Translations under genes and position numbers: made by a program
Origin: an uncultured Acidobacteriota bacterium
GTDB lineage: Bacteria > Actinomycetota > Acidimicrobiia > Acidimicrobiales > SHLQ01
NCBI GenBank assembly: GCA_963738445.1
Contig: CAVTWS010000007.1
Coordinates: 51,976 to 115,975, forward strand
Length of the DNA: 64,000 bases
Direction of reading: 5' to 3'
The notes under the pieces: model-generated
Databases searched by the model: none
What the model was told of the DNA's origin: nothing
Seen by the model: only the letters and a program-made list of their open reading frames with translations
In this document: piece by piece, positions 1-9,912 of the stretch
Position numbering within the stretch: position 1 is the first letter of the stretch
Layout of the letters: each line of letters begins with the position of its first letter

Positions 1-1164
1 CTCGATGCTGAGGACGGTCGGTGAGAGCCAGACGGCGGTGACATCGGCGGACGCCGTCGAGCGGGTGAGGCTGCCGTCCCGGGTGAACGTGATCGGATCG
101 GAGTCGGCCGGATCGGTGACCTGGACCTGGACATCGGGGGCCGTGGACGTGATCAGGACCGTGAACCGGCGCATCGACCCGTCGACATCGACGGTGTGAC
201 GGCCGCTCTCACACGGCGTGCCGCCACAGACCTCGATCGTCTGCTGGGGCGCGACGACGCCACCGGAGATCGTGCCGGCAACGGAGTCGAACGTGTTGAG
301 CAAGCTCGTCAAGTCACTCGCCGGGAGGTACTGGCCTCGCGTGCCGGGTGCCTCACCGCACGACGTGGTGTCGGAGGTTCCCGTCGTGAGCGCCTGGATG
401 AACGACTGATCCTCGGCCGCGATCGAGCTGGCCAGAGCGATGGTGATGACGTGCAGCCCACTGGTGCGCAATCGGTCGGCCACGCCACCGGCATCGCACA
501 GGGTGCCGACCGCCCGCTGCTCGGCGAGGTCGGCGTTCCCGGGCACGTTCAAGGGCAGGTCGGGGGCGTACGACTTGACCTCCCCCGAGGCGCGGGTCTC
601 GATGTCGAGCTTGCCGTCCGTGAACAGCATCAGGGCGTTGCACCCGGTGATGCCCTGCTGGAAGAGCGCCGACGAGTGCTCCGACAAGGTGAGCTCGGCG
701 CCGAGCAGCGCGTTGGCGAAATCGGTGTCCTGAGCCGTGTTTCGGGTGGCGAAGCTCGCCACGACCGGGACGAGGTCGTCGAGGGTGGTCCGGTCGAGCG
801 GGCTCCAGTCGGTCACGGCGCGGAAGTCCGCGCCGAAGGCGGCGAACTGGACCTCGACCGTCGGAGTCGCCCCGGCCACCTGGGTGGATGCGAGGTCCGC
901 CAACGTCGTCAGGGCCGCCTGGGCGGCGATGATCCGCTGGCCCGAGGGGTCGGTGGTGGCCAGGCTGCCGCTCTCGTCCAGCAGCATGAGCACCGACAGG
1001 TGGCCGTCCTGCTGGATACAGCTCGACAGGCTCTCGATCGCCGAAACCGGCGCGGTGTCGCCGTCCTGGGCGGCGACCGGAGGCGGTGTCGCGACCACCA
1101 TGGCCGTCAGCGCGGCAGCGGCGATGGCGATGGCGCGAGTCCAACGGCGCGGCGAGAGAGGCAC
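1..1164 (-). CDS. Secreted von Willebrand factor A (VWA) domain protein, 3' end runs off the window
   Basis: Not in the ORF track; translated by hand from GTG 1164: VPLSPRRWTRAIAIAAAALTAMVVATPPPVAAQD (signal peptide), LMLLDESGSL (MIDAS DxSxS), TDFANAL, LFTDG; open to position 1. Confidence 0.8.
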   Translation of the reverse strand, partial: MPLSPRRWTRAIAIAAAALTAMVVATPPPVAAQDGDTAPVSAIESLSSCIQQDGHLSVLMLLDESGSLATTDPSGQRIIAAQAALTTLADLASTQVAGATPTVEVQFAAFGADFRAVTDWSPLDRTTLDDLVPVVASFATRNTAQDTDFANALLGAELTLSEHSSALFQQGITGCNALMLFTDGKLDIETRASGEVKSYAPDLPLNVPGNADLAEQRAVGTLCDAGGVADRLRTSGLHVITIALASSIAAEDQSFIQALTTGTSDTTSCGEAPGTRGQYLPASDLTSLLNTFDSVAGTISGGVVAPQQTIEVCGGTPCESGRHTVDVDGSMRRFTVLITSTAPDVQVQVTDPADSDPITFTRDGSLTRSTASADVTAVWLSPTVLSIE

Positions 1165-1276
1165 ATTTGAGGTATCGGCAGAACTGACTGATGGCTGAGG
1201 GGCCGATCGTCACCTTTCCATGGGCTGAGCAACCCATTCTGGGTGCTCGGAGCACGTCGGACTCGTCGAGAAGCGC

Positions 1277-2005
1277 TCAGCGACGGCGAGCGGACACGAT
1301 GAAGGTGTAGGCGAAGAGGCCGGGGCGCAGGTTGCCGATCCGGTGAGCGACCCGGCACGCGGCAGCCGAGGTCAGCCCCGGCACCGGCACCGAGCCGACG
1401 ATCGAGGTGACCTCGAACCCGGCGCTCGACACCATCTCGGCGAGCGAGGCCCGGGTGTAGAAGCGGAGATGGGTGCGGTCGAGGATGCCCCGATCACGGT
1501 ATGGGAACCGCCCGGCCAGCAGGGACAGCCGGATTCCCCAATTGGCCACGTTGGGGATCGACAGGACGAGGGCACCGCTCGGCACGAGCTTGGGAGCCAG
1601 TCGCCGCAGGGTCTCGGCGGGGTCAGGCAGGTGCTCCAACGTGTCGCCGAAGAGCAAGGTGTCATAGCTGTGGTCGGGCACGACGGAGTCGAGGTCGAAG
1701 GTCGACAGGTCTCCGGTCCAGACGGAACGACAGACGGTCCGGGCCTCCTCGGCGGCAACGGGATCGAGCTCGAAGCCGTCGACGGTGAGGCCGCGCCGCA
1801 CCAGCAGGCGGGCGAAGTACCCCGTCGACACGCCGCCCTCGAACACGGTTCCACCGTCCGGGGTGGCGTCGATCACCGCCCGGGCGAGCAGATGGTGACC
1901 CCGGAACGGAATGGCCTGGAGCGGCACGTAACCAGCCGGGGCGGCGGCCGCGACCGTGGCGAGGTCGGCCAGGAGCTCGTCGGCGGCAGAGGTCGGCCCG
2001 GACAC
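1277..2005 (-). CDS. Class I SAM-dependent methyltransferase (glycan-associated)
   Basis: VFEGGVSTGYF, FGDTLEHL, GILDRTHLRFYT motifs; GTG start preceded by a TAGGCT -10-like box. Confidence 0.85.
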   Translation of the reverse strand: MSGPTSAADELLADLATVAAAAPAGYVPLQAIPFRGHHLLARAVIDATPDGGTVFEGGVSTGYFARLLVRRGLTVDGFELDPVAAEEARTVCRSVWTGDLSTFDLDSVVPDHSYDTLLFGDTLEHLPDPAETLRRLAPKLVPSGALVLSIPNVANWGIRLSLLAGRFPYRDRGILDRTHLRFYTRASLAEMVSSAGFEVTSIVGSVPVPGLTSAAACRVAHRIGNLRPGLFAYTFIVSARRR

Positions 2006-2055
2006 GCCCTCCAGCCTACGGAGCCGAGCGGTGGAGCGAGGCGACCCGCTTCCCC

Positions 2056-3078
2056 TTACACCCAGCGGCGCACGAGGCGCCACCAGACCCCGAGCAGCCG
2101 ATCGACGATCTTGGCCGGCGCGGGAAGCGGGTAGGGCTGGAAGCTCAAGCTGGTCGTCAGCAACGGCACGAGGTCACGGTCCGGGACGATTCGGACGGCC
2201 TGGCGTTCGCGGCGGTGTTGACGGAGCCAGTCCCGGTTCCGCCACAGCCACCACCAGCCCTTCACCTTGGGGCCGAACCATCCCTGGACGACCGACAGGC
2301 CGAGCACGCCCGCCTCCATGACCACGAACGCCGGGGCCAGCAGCCACAGCGTCCGGGTCTCGAAATTGGTGATGACGAAGGCGAGACGGTTGCGATCGAC
2401 GATGCCGAGTTTGAAGGTGTTGCGGGAGAACTCGTACCGGTGGCGGGTGACGGCATCACGTACCCAGACGATGTCGAAGCCGCGAAGGCGGAGACCGAAA
2501 CAGAGGTCGACGTCCTCGTGATAGGCGAAGTAGGGCTCGGCGAACCCGCCGACCTCCCGCCACCGAGCGAGCGGGATCACGACGGTCGACGCCATCGCCG
2601 TCGTGACCGACATCTCCGCCGGGAAATCGGCCGCTGGTTCGTTGATGTGCCCACACCAGCTGAATCCGAGGAAATGGATGGTGTTGCCGCCGCTGTTCAG
2701 CAGTTCAGGTTGCTCGTAGAGCCGGATGCTGGCGCCCGCGAGCCCCACCTCCGGCCGGGCCGCGACGGCGACGAGGCGTGATAGGCAGTCGGGATCGACC
2801 ACCGCGTCGCCGTTGACGAGGGCCAGGTATTCGCCCGTGGCGTACGTGGCGCCGAGGTTGCAGCCCCCGGCGAATCCCAAGTTGGTGGCCTGGCCCACCA
2901 CGGTGACGCCGTCCCGGCCCCGAAGGTGTTCGATCCGGCCGTCCGTGCCGCCGTTGTCGACGAGGACGACCGTGCACTCCACCTCCGTCGAGGCCAGCAA
3001 CGCGTCCACGCAGTCGCCGATGAGCGGCTCGGGCCCGTAGGCCAGCACCACGGCGGTCACCCTCGGGAGCGTCAGCAC
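2056..3078 (-). CDS. GT2 glycosyltransferase (WbbL/rhamnosyltransferase-like)
   Basis: VLVDNG, NLGFAGGCN, NGD, YFAYHEDVDL motifs. Confidence 0.88.
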   Translation of the reverse strand: MLTLPRVTAVVLAYGPEPLIGDCVDALLASTEVECTVVLVDNGGTDGRIEHLRGRDGVTVVGQATNLGFAGGCNLGATYATGEYLALVNGDAVVDPDCLSRLVAVAARPEVGLAGASIRLYEQPELLNSGGNTIHFLGFSWCGHINEPAADFPAEMSVTTAMASTVVIPLARWREVGGFAEPYFAYHEDVDLCFGLRLRGFDIVWVRDAVTRHRYEFSRNTFKLGIVDRNRLAFVITNFETRTLWLLAPAFVVMEAGVLGLSVVQGWFGPKVKGWWWLWRNRDWLRQHRRERQAVRIVPDRDLVPLLTTSLSFQPYPLPAPAKIVDRLLGVWWRLVRRWV

Positions 3079-3085
3079 GCTCGCC

Positions 3086-4264
3086 TCACCGCCGGTCGAG
3101 CGTCAGGACGCTCAACATGAAACTGGCCAGGATGACCTCGACGCCGAGGCTGAACGCGGTGACCGATGGTGCCACCAGACGCATGGTGTCGGAGGCGTCC
3201 AAGCCGCCGAACGAGGTCTCGCCCCAGCGGCGGATGGCCACGAACGAGCCGATGGCGCCACCGAGGCACAACAGGGCGCCGATCCACAACCCGACCTCGA
3301 GCTTGGCCACCTTGAGCACCCGATCGAGTCCCGTCGACGGTGGGACGAGCCCGCTCGCCGTCACGTACATGCGGGCGAACACGGCGAAGAACACCGCCTG
3401 GGCGCCGATGGTGATGGCGGTCAGGGCATAGAGCAGCGCGTGGATGTCGAAGGTCACGTTGCCGACGGTGCGCGGGCCGGGCAGCAACCAGGCCGTCCCG
3501 GCGACGCCGATCACCGACAGGATCAGCCCGGGGATGAGGAAGAGCCAGCGGGGGCTGTAGAGCAGCAGGAAGCGCAGGTGACGCCACCCGTCACGCCAGG
3601 TGCGGAGATGAGGTGGGCGGCTGCGGCCGTCCTTGCGCAGGGTTGTCGGTACCTCGCGGACGTCGAGTCCGGCCAGCGTCGCCCGCACCACCATCTCGCT
3701 GGCGAACTCCATCCCGGTCGTGCGCAGCTCGAGGTCGACGATCGCGTCTCGACGGAACCCGCGCATCCCGCAGTGGAAGTCGCCGATCGGGGTGCGGAAG
3801 AGGAGTCGACCGAGGAAGCTGAGCGTCGGATTGCCCAGGTAGCGGTGCAACGCCGGCATGGCGCCGGGTTCGATGCCTCCCTGGAACCGGTTGCCCATGA
3901 CGAGATCCGCGCCGGCCCGGAGCTCGTCGACGAACCCGGCCAGGCCTTCGAGGTCGTAGCTGTCATCGGCATCGGCCATGATCACGAACCGCCCGCGGGC
4001 CGCCTCGATTCCGCCGATCAGGGCGGCGCCGTACCCGCGGCGGTCGACCGGCACGATCCGACCTCCGGCGGCGATGGCGAGCTCCTGGGAGCCGTCGGTG
4101 CTCCCGTTGTCGGCCACGACGACCTCGCCGGCGATGCCGGCCCGTTCCATGGCGATCATCGCCTTGGACACGCACGCAGCGACCGTTTCGGCCTCGTTGA
4201 GGCACGGTAGGACGACCGTGAGCTCGACCGCCGGGCGCGTCTCGGTCGACTGGTCCTCGCTCAC
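3086..4264 (-). CDS. GT2 polyprenol-phosphate glycosyltransferase (DPM1-like) with C-terminal TM helices
   Basis: VVLPCLNE, VADNGSTD, GYGAAL, MADADDSY, GMEFASEM, LRTWRDGWRHL; GTG overlaps the upstream stop. Confidence 0.9.
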   Translation of the reverse strand: MSEDQSTETRPAVELTVVLPCLNEAETVAACVSKAMIAMERAGIAGEVVVADNGSTDGSQELAIAAGGRIVPVDRRGYGAALIGGIEAARGRFVIMADADDSYDLEGLAGFVDELRAGADLVMGNRFQGGIEPGAMPALHRYLGNPTLSFLGRLLFRTPIGDFHCGMRGFRRDAIVDLELRTTGMEFASEMVVRATLAGLDVREVPTTLRKDGRSRPPHLRTWRDGWRHLRFLLLYSPRWLFLIPGLILSVIGVAGTAWLLPGPRTVGNVTFDIHALLYALTAITIGAQAVFFAVFARMYVTASGLVPPSTGLDRVLKVAKLEVGLWIGALLCLGGAIGSFVAIRRWGETSFGGLDASDTMRLVAPSVTAFSLGVEVILASFMLSVLTLDRR

Positions 4265-5763
4265 CGGATGCTCCCGTCGGGGGACGAGTCGGTGAGCAGG
4301 CGGGAGCCGAGCCAGCCGAGGCTGGCCGCGCTGACCGCCGCGGCGAGGAGGAGCAGCCACGTGGTGGTGGGTGGGCTCCACACGGGCTCGGACATGGTCT
4401 CCCAGAACGGGCGGTTGGTTCCGATCGAGTTGCGCCGGAGCGCGGCACCGAACGACACGAAGTGGCCGACGGCGACCACGCCGCAGACGACCAGGGCGAG
4501 GCGGTGCACGAGCGGGCGGATCGCCATGTCGATCCGGGCCCGAGCGGCCGCGAAGACGACGATACCGAGCGCCAACGGAAGCGTGTACCGGCCTTGCCAG
4601 GTCTGTCCGTGGGTGCGGACGCTGGTGGCCTCGATGACGGTCGGGAGCGCGATCGTCACGGCGACGAGCGCGGCGAGCACGATGCCGTCACGCCGACGGG
4701 CGGTCAGCGCGGCCAAGGTGACCAACAGCAACGCCGCGGCCAGCCAGGTCGACGTCACCGCGCTCGGGCCGCGGAGGTCGAGCCAGCCGAACCAGGCGAT
4801 CATCTGGATCAGGAGCAGTGATTGGCGCCCGAAGGCCAGGGCCGCCAACTCGTTGTCGGAGTCGTCCGTCGTGACCCGGATGTCGGTGCCGGCCTCGAGA
4901 GGGCGGTAGGCCAGCATCCACACCGCGGCGGCCACCGACGCGACCGCGATCACGCCGAGGGCGACCTGGGCCGACCGGTAGCGGAGCAATTGGGCGATCC
5001 GGTTCCACCCGGCGGCGACGGCGAGCGTGGTCGCGGCGACGGCCAGGATGACCGGCGACAGCTGTCGATCGAGCACCAGCACGGACGCACCGACGGCCAG
5101 CCCCGTCGCAGGGATTCGAACCGGCAGCGGGTAGTCGTCGTCGATGAGGACGACCCCGGCGACCCAGGTGAGCGCCGCTCCGGCGATCTCCCAGGTGCTG
5201 GGGTTCAGCACGCCGGAGAGGAAGGCGGCCGTCGGAGTCCACGCCAGGAGCACCGCGGGAACCAAGAGAACCCGGTTCCGATGGAACGAGGCCAGGCTCA
5301 GCGCCGCTCCGACCAGGGCGGCGGCGACGGCGGCCGACCACAGACGGGCGCCGAAGAGGCCCGTGCGTCCGGCAGCAGCCCTCAGCGGCAGGCCGGTGGC
5401 CAGGTGGTAGAGGGGTGGCGCCTGTCCCGCCCGGGTGACGATCTCCGAGCGGGTGGTGTCGGTGCCGACGTGGGGAGCGCACGAAACCGGCTGATCGGTG
5501 TGAAAGGCGTAGCAGCCCGCTTCGAGGCGGGTGATCCATGCCGCCACCTCGACGGCGGTCGAGCCACCGCCGAGGTCGGTCTCACCGCCCACCAAGGTGC
5601 CGCCGACGGCCGAGAAGCCGCGGGACGCGTGGTCCCGCTCGTCGGGGCCACCCCCCATCGGGGTCGACAGGCTCCAGACGACCGACAGCGAGAGAAGGAC
5701 CAGCGCGGCGAACGTGGCCCGCCGGTGGAACGACGGGAGCGGCAGCTGGGGACCCGTCGGCAT
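4261..5763 (-). CDS. DUF2142-like multi-pass membrane protein (GT-C-like)
   Basis: TP..GGPDE..H near the N-terminus, PPLYH, QGRYTLP, many hydrophobic segments. Confidence 0.75.
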   Translation of the reverse strand: MPTGPQLPLPSFHRRATFAALVLLSLSVVWSLSTPMGGGPDERDHASRGFSAVGGTLVGGETDLGGGSTAVEVAAWITRLEAGCYAFHTDQPVSCAPHVGTDTTRSEIVTRAGQAPPLYHLATGLPLRAAAGRTGLFGARLWSAAVAAALVGAALSLASFHRNRVLLVPAVLLAWTPTAAFLSGVLNPSTWEIAGAALTWVAGVVLIDDDYPLPVRIPATGLAVGASVLVLDRQLSPVILAVAATTLAVAAGWNRIAQLLRYRSAQVALGVIAVASVAAAVWMLAYRPLEAGTDIRVTTDDSDNELAALAFGRQSLLLIQMIAWFGWLDLRGPSAVTSTWLAAALLLVTLAALTARRRDGIVLAALVAVTIALPTVIEATSVRTHGQTWQGRYTLPLALGIVVFAAARARIDMAIRPLVHRLALVVCGVVAVGHFVSFGAALRRNSIGTNRPFWETMSEPVWSPPTTTWLLLLAAAVSAASLGWLGSRLLTDSSPDGSIR

Positions 5764-5845
5764 GGCTGGTGATGCTAATGACCTACGCGGTCGCTGCGTG
5801 TACCCGCACGACGTCGCCGAAATCCGCCAGAATGTGGCGGTGCCC

Positions 5846-6187
5846 ATGCGACAGGAATGCAAGCATTTCGAGAGCCGCTCCTATCCGAACGGCGACACCG
5901 TGCGGAAGTGCAACCTCGATCTGGCGCCGGAGGCGCCGTGGCGGTGCCCCGACGACTGCCCCCGCTACGAGCGACGACTGGTCGACGTGAACTGGAGCCA
6001 CGGGACCCTCGTGACCCCGCCGACGCCGGACGAGCCGGCCAGTGTGGGGGCGGACACCTCGATCGCCGCCCTGCTCGACGAAGCCGAGGACATCATCAAT
6101 GCGGCTGGGCCCCGGATCAAGGCCGAGGTCGAGGCCGAGCGGACGAGTCGCCGCCGTGGGCTCGGACGATTCTTCCGGCGGGGTTGA
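5846..6187 (+). CDS. Small Cys-rich hypothetical protein
   Basis: MRQECKHFESR...KCNLDLAPEAPWRCPDDC; typical codon usage; may start at GTG 5840. Confidence 0.75.
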   Translation: MRQECKHFESRSYPNGDTVRKCNLDLAPEAPWRCPDDCPRYERRLVDVNWSHGTLVTPPTPDEPASVGADTSIAALLDEAEDIINAAGPRIKAEVEAERTSRRRGLGRFFRRG

Positions 6188-6314
6188 GAGAAGTCCCGCC
6201 GACCCTGAGCACTCCGTCGGCCACGGCCGGGCCGGTTCTCCGGCCGGGCCGGTGCTGCCGCCGGTAGGATCAGGGCCCGTCCCGCTCTCTGCTGGTCCCG
6301 TCAGTCAGTCGATC

Positions 6315-7645
6315 ATGTCACCGCTGCCCGCTCATCTGCTCGAACCTGTTGCCCCGACCGAGTCGCATCCAGCGTGGTGGGCCGACGTTCTCGTCGCATC
6401 CGCATCACGTCTGGCGACATCGGAGCTTCCGTCCGATGCCGAGGAGGTGTGGCGATACAGCCGCATCGAGTCGCTCGACCTGTCGTCGTTCCCCCTCGCA
6501 CCCGCGACCTCCACCGTCACCGGGTCCGACGTGATCGGCCTCCACGATCTGCTGGGCCCCGATCTGCTGGGCCTGGATGCGGCCTTGTCGATCGTCGTTC
6601 CGGTCGTCGACGGCCGGGTCGGTGCCGTCTCCGGCGCATCGGTGCCCGACGGGCTGTACGTGGGCCCGCTCTCGGGCCACCCGTCGGCTCCCGACCTCTG
6701 GAACGAGGTCCACGTCGATGCCGTCGACGTGTTCGCCGAGATCGTCGCCCGTCACGCCACCGATCCGCTGGTGATCGACGTCGAGTCGCGGCGTGCGGGT
6801 CGTCCCGACGATCGTCGTCCTCGTCCATGCCGCATCGGCCGGTCGCACCTCGGTGCCCCACCTGCTGGTGCGGGTGGCCGACGACGCGTCGGTCACCATC
6901 CTCGAGCATCACACCTCGGTCGACGACCCGGTCCTCGTCGTCGCCCGGACGGACTCCACGGTGGGCGTCGGCGCCCGGTTGGCCCACGGCGTCGTCCAGA
7001 CGTTGTCCGCCTCGGCGCTGTCCATCTCCAACACGGTCGTGCGCGGCTCGGCGTCGTCGCATGCGGCCTACGGGCTGGCCGCCGTCGGCGGTTCCACGGC
7101 CACGGTCGCGGACCGATTGCCGACTCGGCGGACGCGGCGCCCGGGCGGACCTGTCGGCGCTCTACTACGGGCGCGATGGCCAGCTGCACGACGTCCGGAC
7201 CTTCCAGAACCACGAGGCCCGCGACACCACCAGCGAGTTGTTGTTCAAGGGTGTCCTCGACGATCACGCCCGTTCCGTCTACACCGGCCTGATCCGCATC
7301 GTCCCCGAAGCCCGGGGCAGCGCCGCGTTCCAGACCAACCGGAACCTGAAGCTGTCCGACGACGCCTGGGCCGAATCCGTCCCGAACCTCGAGATCGAGT
7401 GCCGCGACGTGCGGTGCAGCCACGCCTCCACGGTGTCGCCCATCGATCCGGAACAGCTCTTCTACCTGGCGAGCCGGGGGGTCCCGCCCGACAAGGCGGG
7501 GCGCCTCATCGTGGCCGGGTTCTTCGAGGACGTGATCGAGCGTTTCCCGGTGCCCGCCGCACGCGCCCACGTGCGCACGCTCGTCGATCGCGCCGTCGCC
7601 CGCAGCGTCGATGGGCACGCCGACGAACTGGAGGTGGTCGGGTGA
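6315..7645 (+). CDS. sufD: Fe-S cluster assembly protein SufD (two apparent frameshifts near 6790 and 7105)
   Basis: EEVWRYSRI N-terminal motif; C-terminal FKGVL..SVYTGLIRI, QTNRNLKLS, PNLEIECRDVRCSHAST, LFYLASRG; parts lie in different frames. Confidence 0.85.
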
Positions 7646-7986
7646 GCTGCGACCCCATCGAGACCGTGCGCCTGTGCGGCATCGACGATCTGACCGAGTC
7701 GGTCCCGTGCCGGATCGATGTCGGCGGCCACCGCTTGTGTGTGGTTCGCATCGGCGACACCGTGTCGGCGATCGATGACACCTGCTCGCACGCCGATGTC
7801 TCGCTGTCCGAGGGTGAGGTCGACCCCGAGGAAGCCACGATCGAGTGCTGGAAGCACGGCAGCCTCTTCAGTCTCACCACCGGTGAGCCGCTCACGCTGC
7901 CGGCCACCCGACCCGTCGCGGTGTACACCGTCTCGGTCCGTGACGACGAGGTCCGCGTCGCCCTCCCGGCTCGGAGCGAACGATGA
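7642..7986 (+). CDS. Rieske-type [2Fe-2S] ferredoxin (Suf-associated)
   Basis: CSH...CWKHGSLF Rieske ligands; GTG overlaps the sufD stop. Confidence 0.9.
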   Translation: MSCDPIETVRLCGIDDLTESVPCRIDVGGHRLCVVRIGDTVSAIDDTCSHADVSLSEGEVDPEEATIECWKHGSLFSLTTGEPLTLPATRPVAVYTVSVRDDEVRVALPARSER

Positions 7987-8786
7987 CCGCCGACGCGTCC
8001 CGGGGGCTCGAGGTCGAGGGTCTGCGGGTCGGCATCGGCGGGGTCGAGATCATCAAGGGGATCGACCTCACCGTTCGCCCCGGCGAGGTCCATGTGATCA
8101 TGGGCCCGAACGGGTCCGGGAAGTCCACGCTGTCGCACGTCCTCGCCGGCCGTCCCGGCTACGAGGTGCTCGGCGGGAGCATTCGGCTCGACGGCCATGA
8201 TCTCGTCGGCCTGCCGGCATGGCGTCGGGCCCAGCTGGGAATGTTCCTGGCCATGCAGTACCCGACCGAGGTGCCAGGGGTGTCGTTGATCGACGTGCTG
8301 GCCGCCGCCGGGGCCGACCGGCCGTCGCTGGCGTCGCGCCTGCGGTCCGAGGCCGACCTCGTCGGTCTGGACCCGGACCTGCTCGACCGTCCCGTCAACG
8401 TGGACCTGTCGGGGGGCGAGAAGAAGCGCACGGAGACCCTGCAGCTGGCGGTGCTCGACCGGGGTCTCGCCATCCTCGACGAGGTCGACTCCGGCCTCGA
8501 CGTCGACGGGATGCGCCTCGTCAGCCGGCGGGTCGCCGAGCTCGTCAAGGAACGCAATCTGGGCGTGCTGGCCATCACCCACTTCGCCCGCCTGCTCGAC
8601 GAACTGCCGGCGGATCACGTCCACATCCTCGTGGGCGGCCGCATCGTCGCTCGCGGCGGTCCCGAGTTGGCCGCCGAGTTGGAGGTATCCGGCTACGGCC
8701 GCTGGGTCACCGAGGCCGCTCCGGGGCCGAACGGCGGCGAGCGCCCGGTCGGAGTGCCCGCAGGCGTCGCCGATCCGTTGGCCTGA
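7983..8786 (+). CDS. sufC: Fe-S cluster assembly ATPase SufC (copy 1)
   Basis: GPNGSGKST, FLAMQYPTEVPGV, LSGGEKKR, ILDEVDSGLDVD, ITH. Confidence 0.92.
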   Translation: MTADASRGLEVEGLRVGIGGVEIIKGIDLTVRPGEVHVIMGPNGSGKSTLSHVLAGRPGYEVLGGSIRLDGHDLVGLPAWRRAQLGMFLAMQYPTEVPGVSLIDVLAAAGADRPSLASRLRSEADLVGLDPDLLDRPVNVDLSGGEKKRTETLQLAVLDRGLAILDEVDSGLDVDGMRLVSRRVAELVKERNLGVLAITHFARLLDELPADHVHILVGGRIVARGGPELAAELEVSGYGRWVTEAAPGPNGGERPVGVPAGVADPLA

Positions 8787-8791
8787 TCAAG

Positions 8792-9085
8792 GTGCCCCGT
8801 CCCGCCGCGCTGACCGATCCCGAGATCGCCGCCGCCCTGGCCGAGCTGGCGGATTGGACCCTGCTCGACCGACGGCTGCACCGGGTCGTCGAGCTGGCCG
8901 ACTTTCCCGCTGCGCTGGCCTTCATGGTCCAGGTCGGTTTCGTGGCCGACCAGCTGGATCACCATCCCGACTGGTCCAACAGCTACCGGCGGGTGACCAT
9001 CGACCTCACGACCCACGATGTCGGTGGCCTCACCCGGCTCGACCTCGAGCTGGCTCGCGCCATCGACAGGATCCTCTCGGCCTGA
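8792..9085 (+). CDS. Pterin-4-alpha-carbinolamine dehydratase
   Basis: DHHPDW...IDLTTHDVGGLT..DLELA motif. Confidence 0.9.
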   Translation: MPRPAALTDPEIAAALAELADWTLLDRRLHRVVELADFPAALAFMVQVGFVADQLDHHPDWSNSYRRVTIDLTTHDVGGLTRLDLELARAIDRILSA

Positions 9086-9126
9086 TCGGGCGACCACCCG
9101 CCGTGGCGCTGGTGGTCGGCGCGCCG

Positions 9127-9849
9127 TCAGGTCGGGCGACGGCCGATGGCCAGGACCGAGAGGCCGGCGGGTAGGTCGATCCGGCGCAGCAGCGAGCGTT
9201 CCGCGGCGGCCAGGCGGGGCAGCACGCCTCCGCCCCCGGACTCGTTGCGACCGGTGTCGCTCGCCACGCGGCCCCGTTCGATGACCGCGAGTGCAGCGGC
9301 GGGGGGCACGAGGAAGCTGTAGGCGGCCGTGGTCCGGACGACGTCGAGCCCGGCACCGCGGACGAGCGCGGCCAGATCTCGGCGCGAGAAACGTCGGGCG
9401 GTGTGGGTCACCCGGTCGTGGCCCCGCCGGAGCCGGCGCACGCCGGGCTCCATGAGCGCCACCACGCCGCCGGGTCTGGTCACCCGGGCGAGCTCGCGGA
9501 CCACGGCCGCCGGATCCGCGATCGATTCGTGGCACAGCACGGTGACGCACAGAGTGACGCCGAACGTGTCGTCGGGATGGGGCAGCTGGTGGATGTCGGC
9601 GAGCTCGCGGCCGATCTCGGGATACCGCCGGGCGGCGTGGTGGAGCGCGACCGGCTCGAAATCGGCCAGTACGACGGTGCCGCGATCGGCCATCCACGCA
9701 CCCGTCGCGCCGTTGCCGCCGCCGGCATCGAGGTAGGGCCCCTGGCCGAGGTGGGGGGCCAGGACATCGGCGAGGAGGCTTCGGGTGGCGTCGTACCACC
9801 AGTGGCGGTCGGTGGCCGCAGCCATGTTCTCGTACTCGTGCTGGTCCAC
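9127..9849 (-). CDS. Class I SAM-dependent methyltransferase
   Basis: DRHWWY, LDAGGGNG, RVTRPGG, GHD..THTARRF. Confidence 0.85.
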   Translation of the reverse strand: MDQHEYENMAAATDRHWWYDATRSLLADVLAPHLGQGPYLDAGGGNGATGAWMADRGTVVLADFEPVALHHAARRYPEIGRELADIHQLPHPDDTFGVTLCVTVLCHESIADPAAVVRELARVTRPGGVVALMEPGVRRLRRGHDRVTHTARRFSRRDLAALVRGAGLDVVRTTAAYSFLVPPAAALAVIERGRVASDTGRNESGGGGVLPRLAAAERSLLRRIDLPAGLSVLAIGRRPT

Positions 9850-9912
9850 GATGTGTTCCTGGTTCGGCGGTCGGCTCTGATCGGGCCGCAGCGATGCCGT
9901 ACGCTACCGACC

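Noticed and set aside
196-1170. 324-aa plus-strand ORF from the track
   Set aside because: It is antisense to the VWA gene, which the track missed because it has no stop inside the window.
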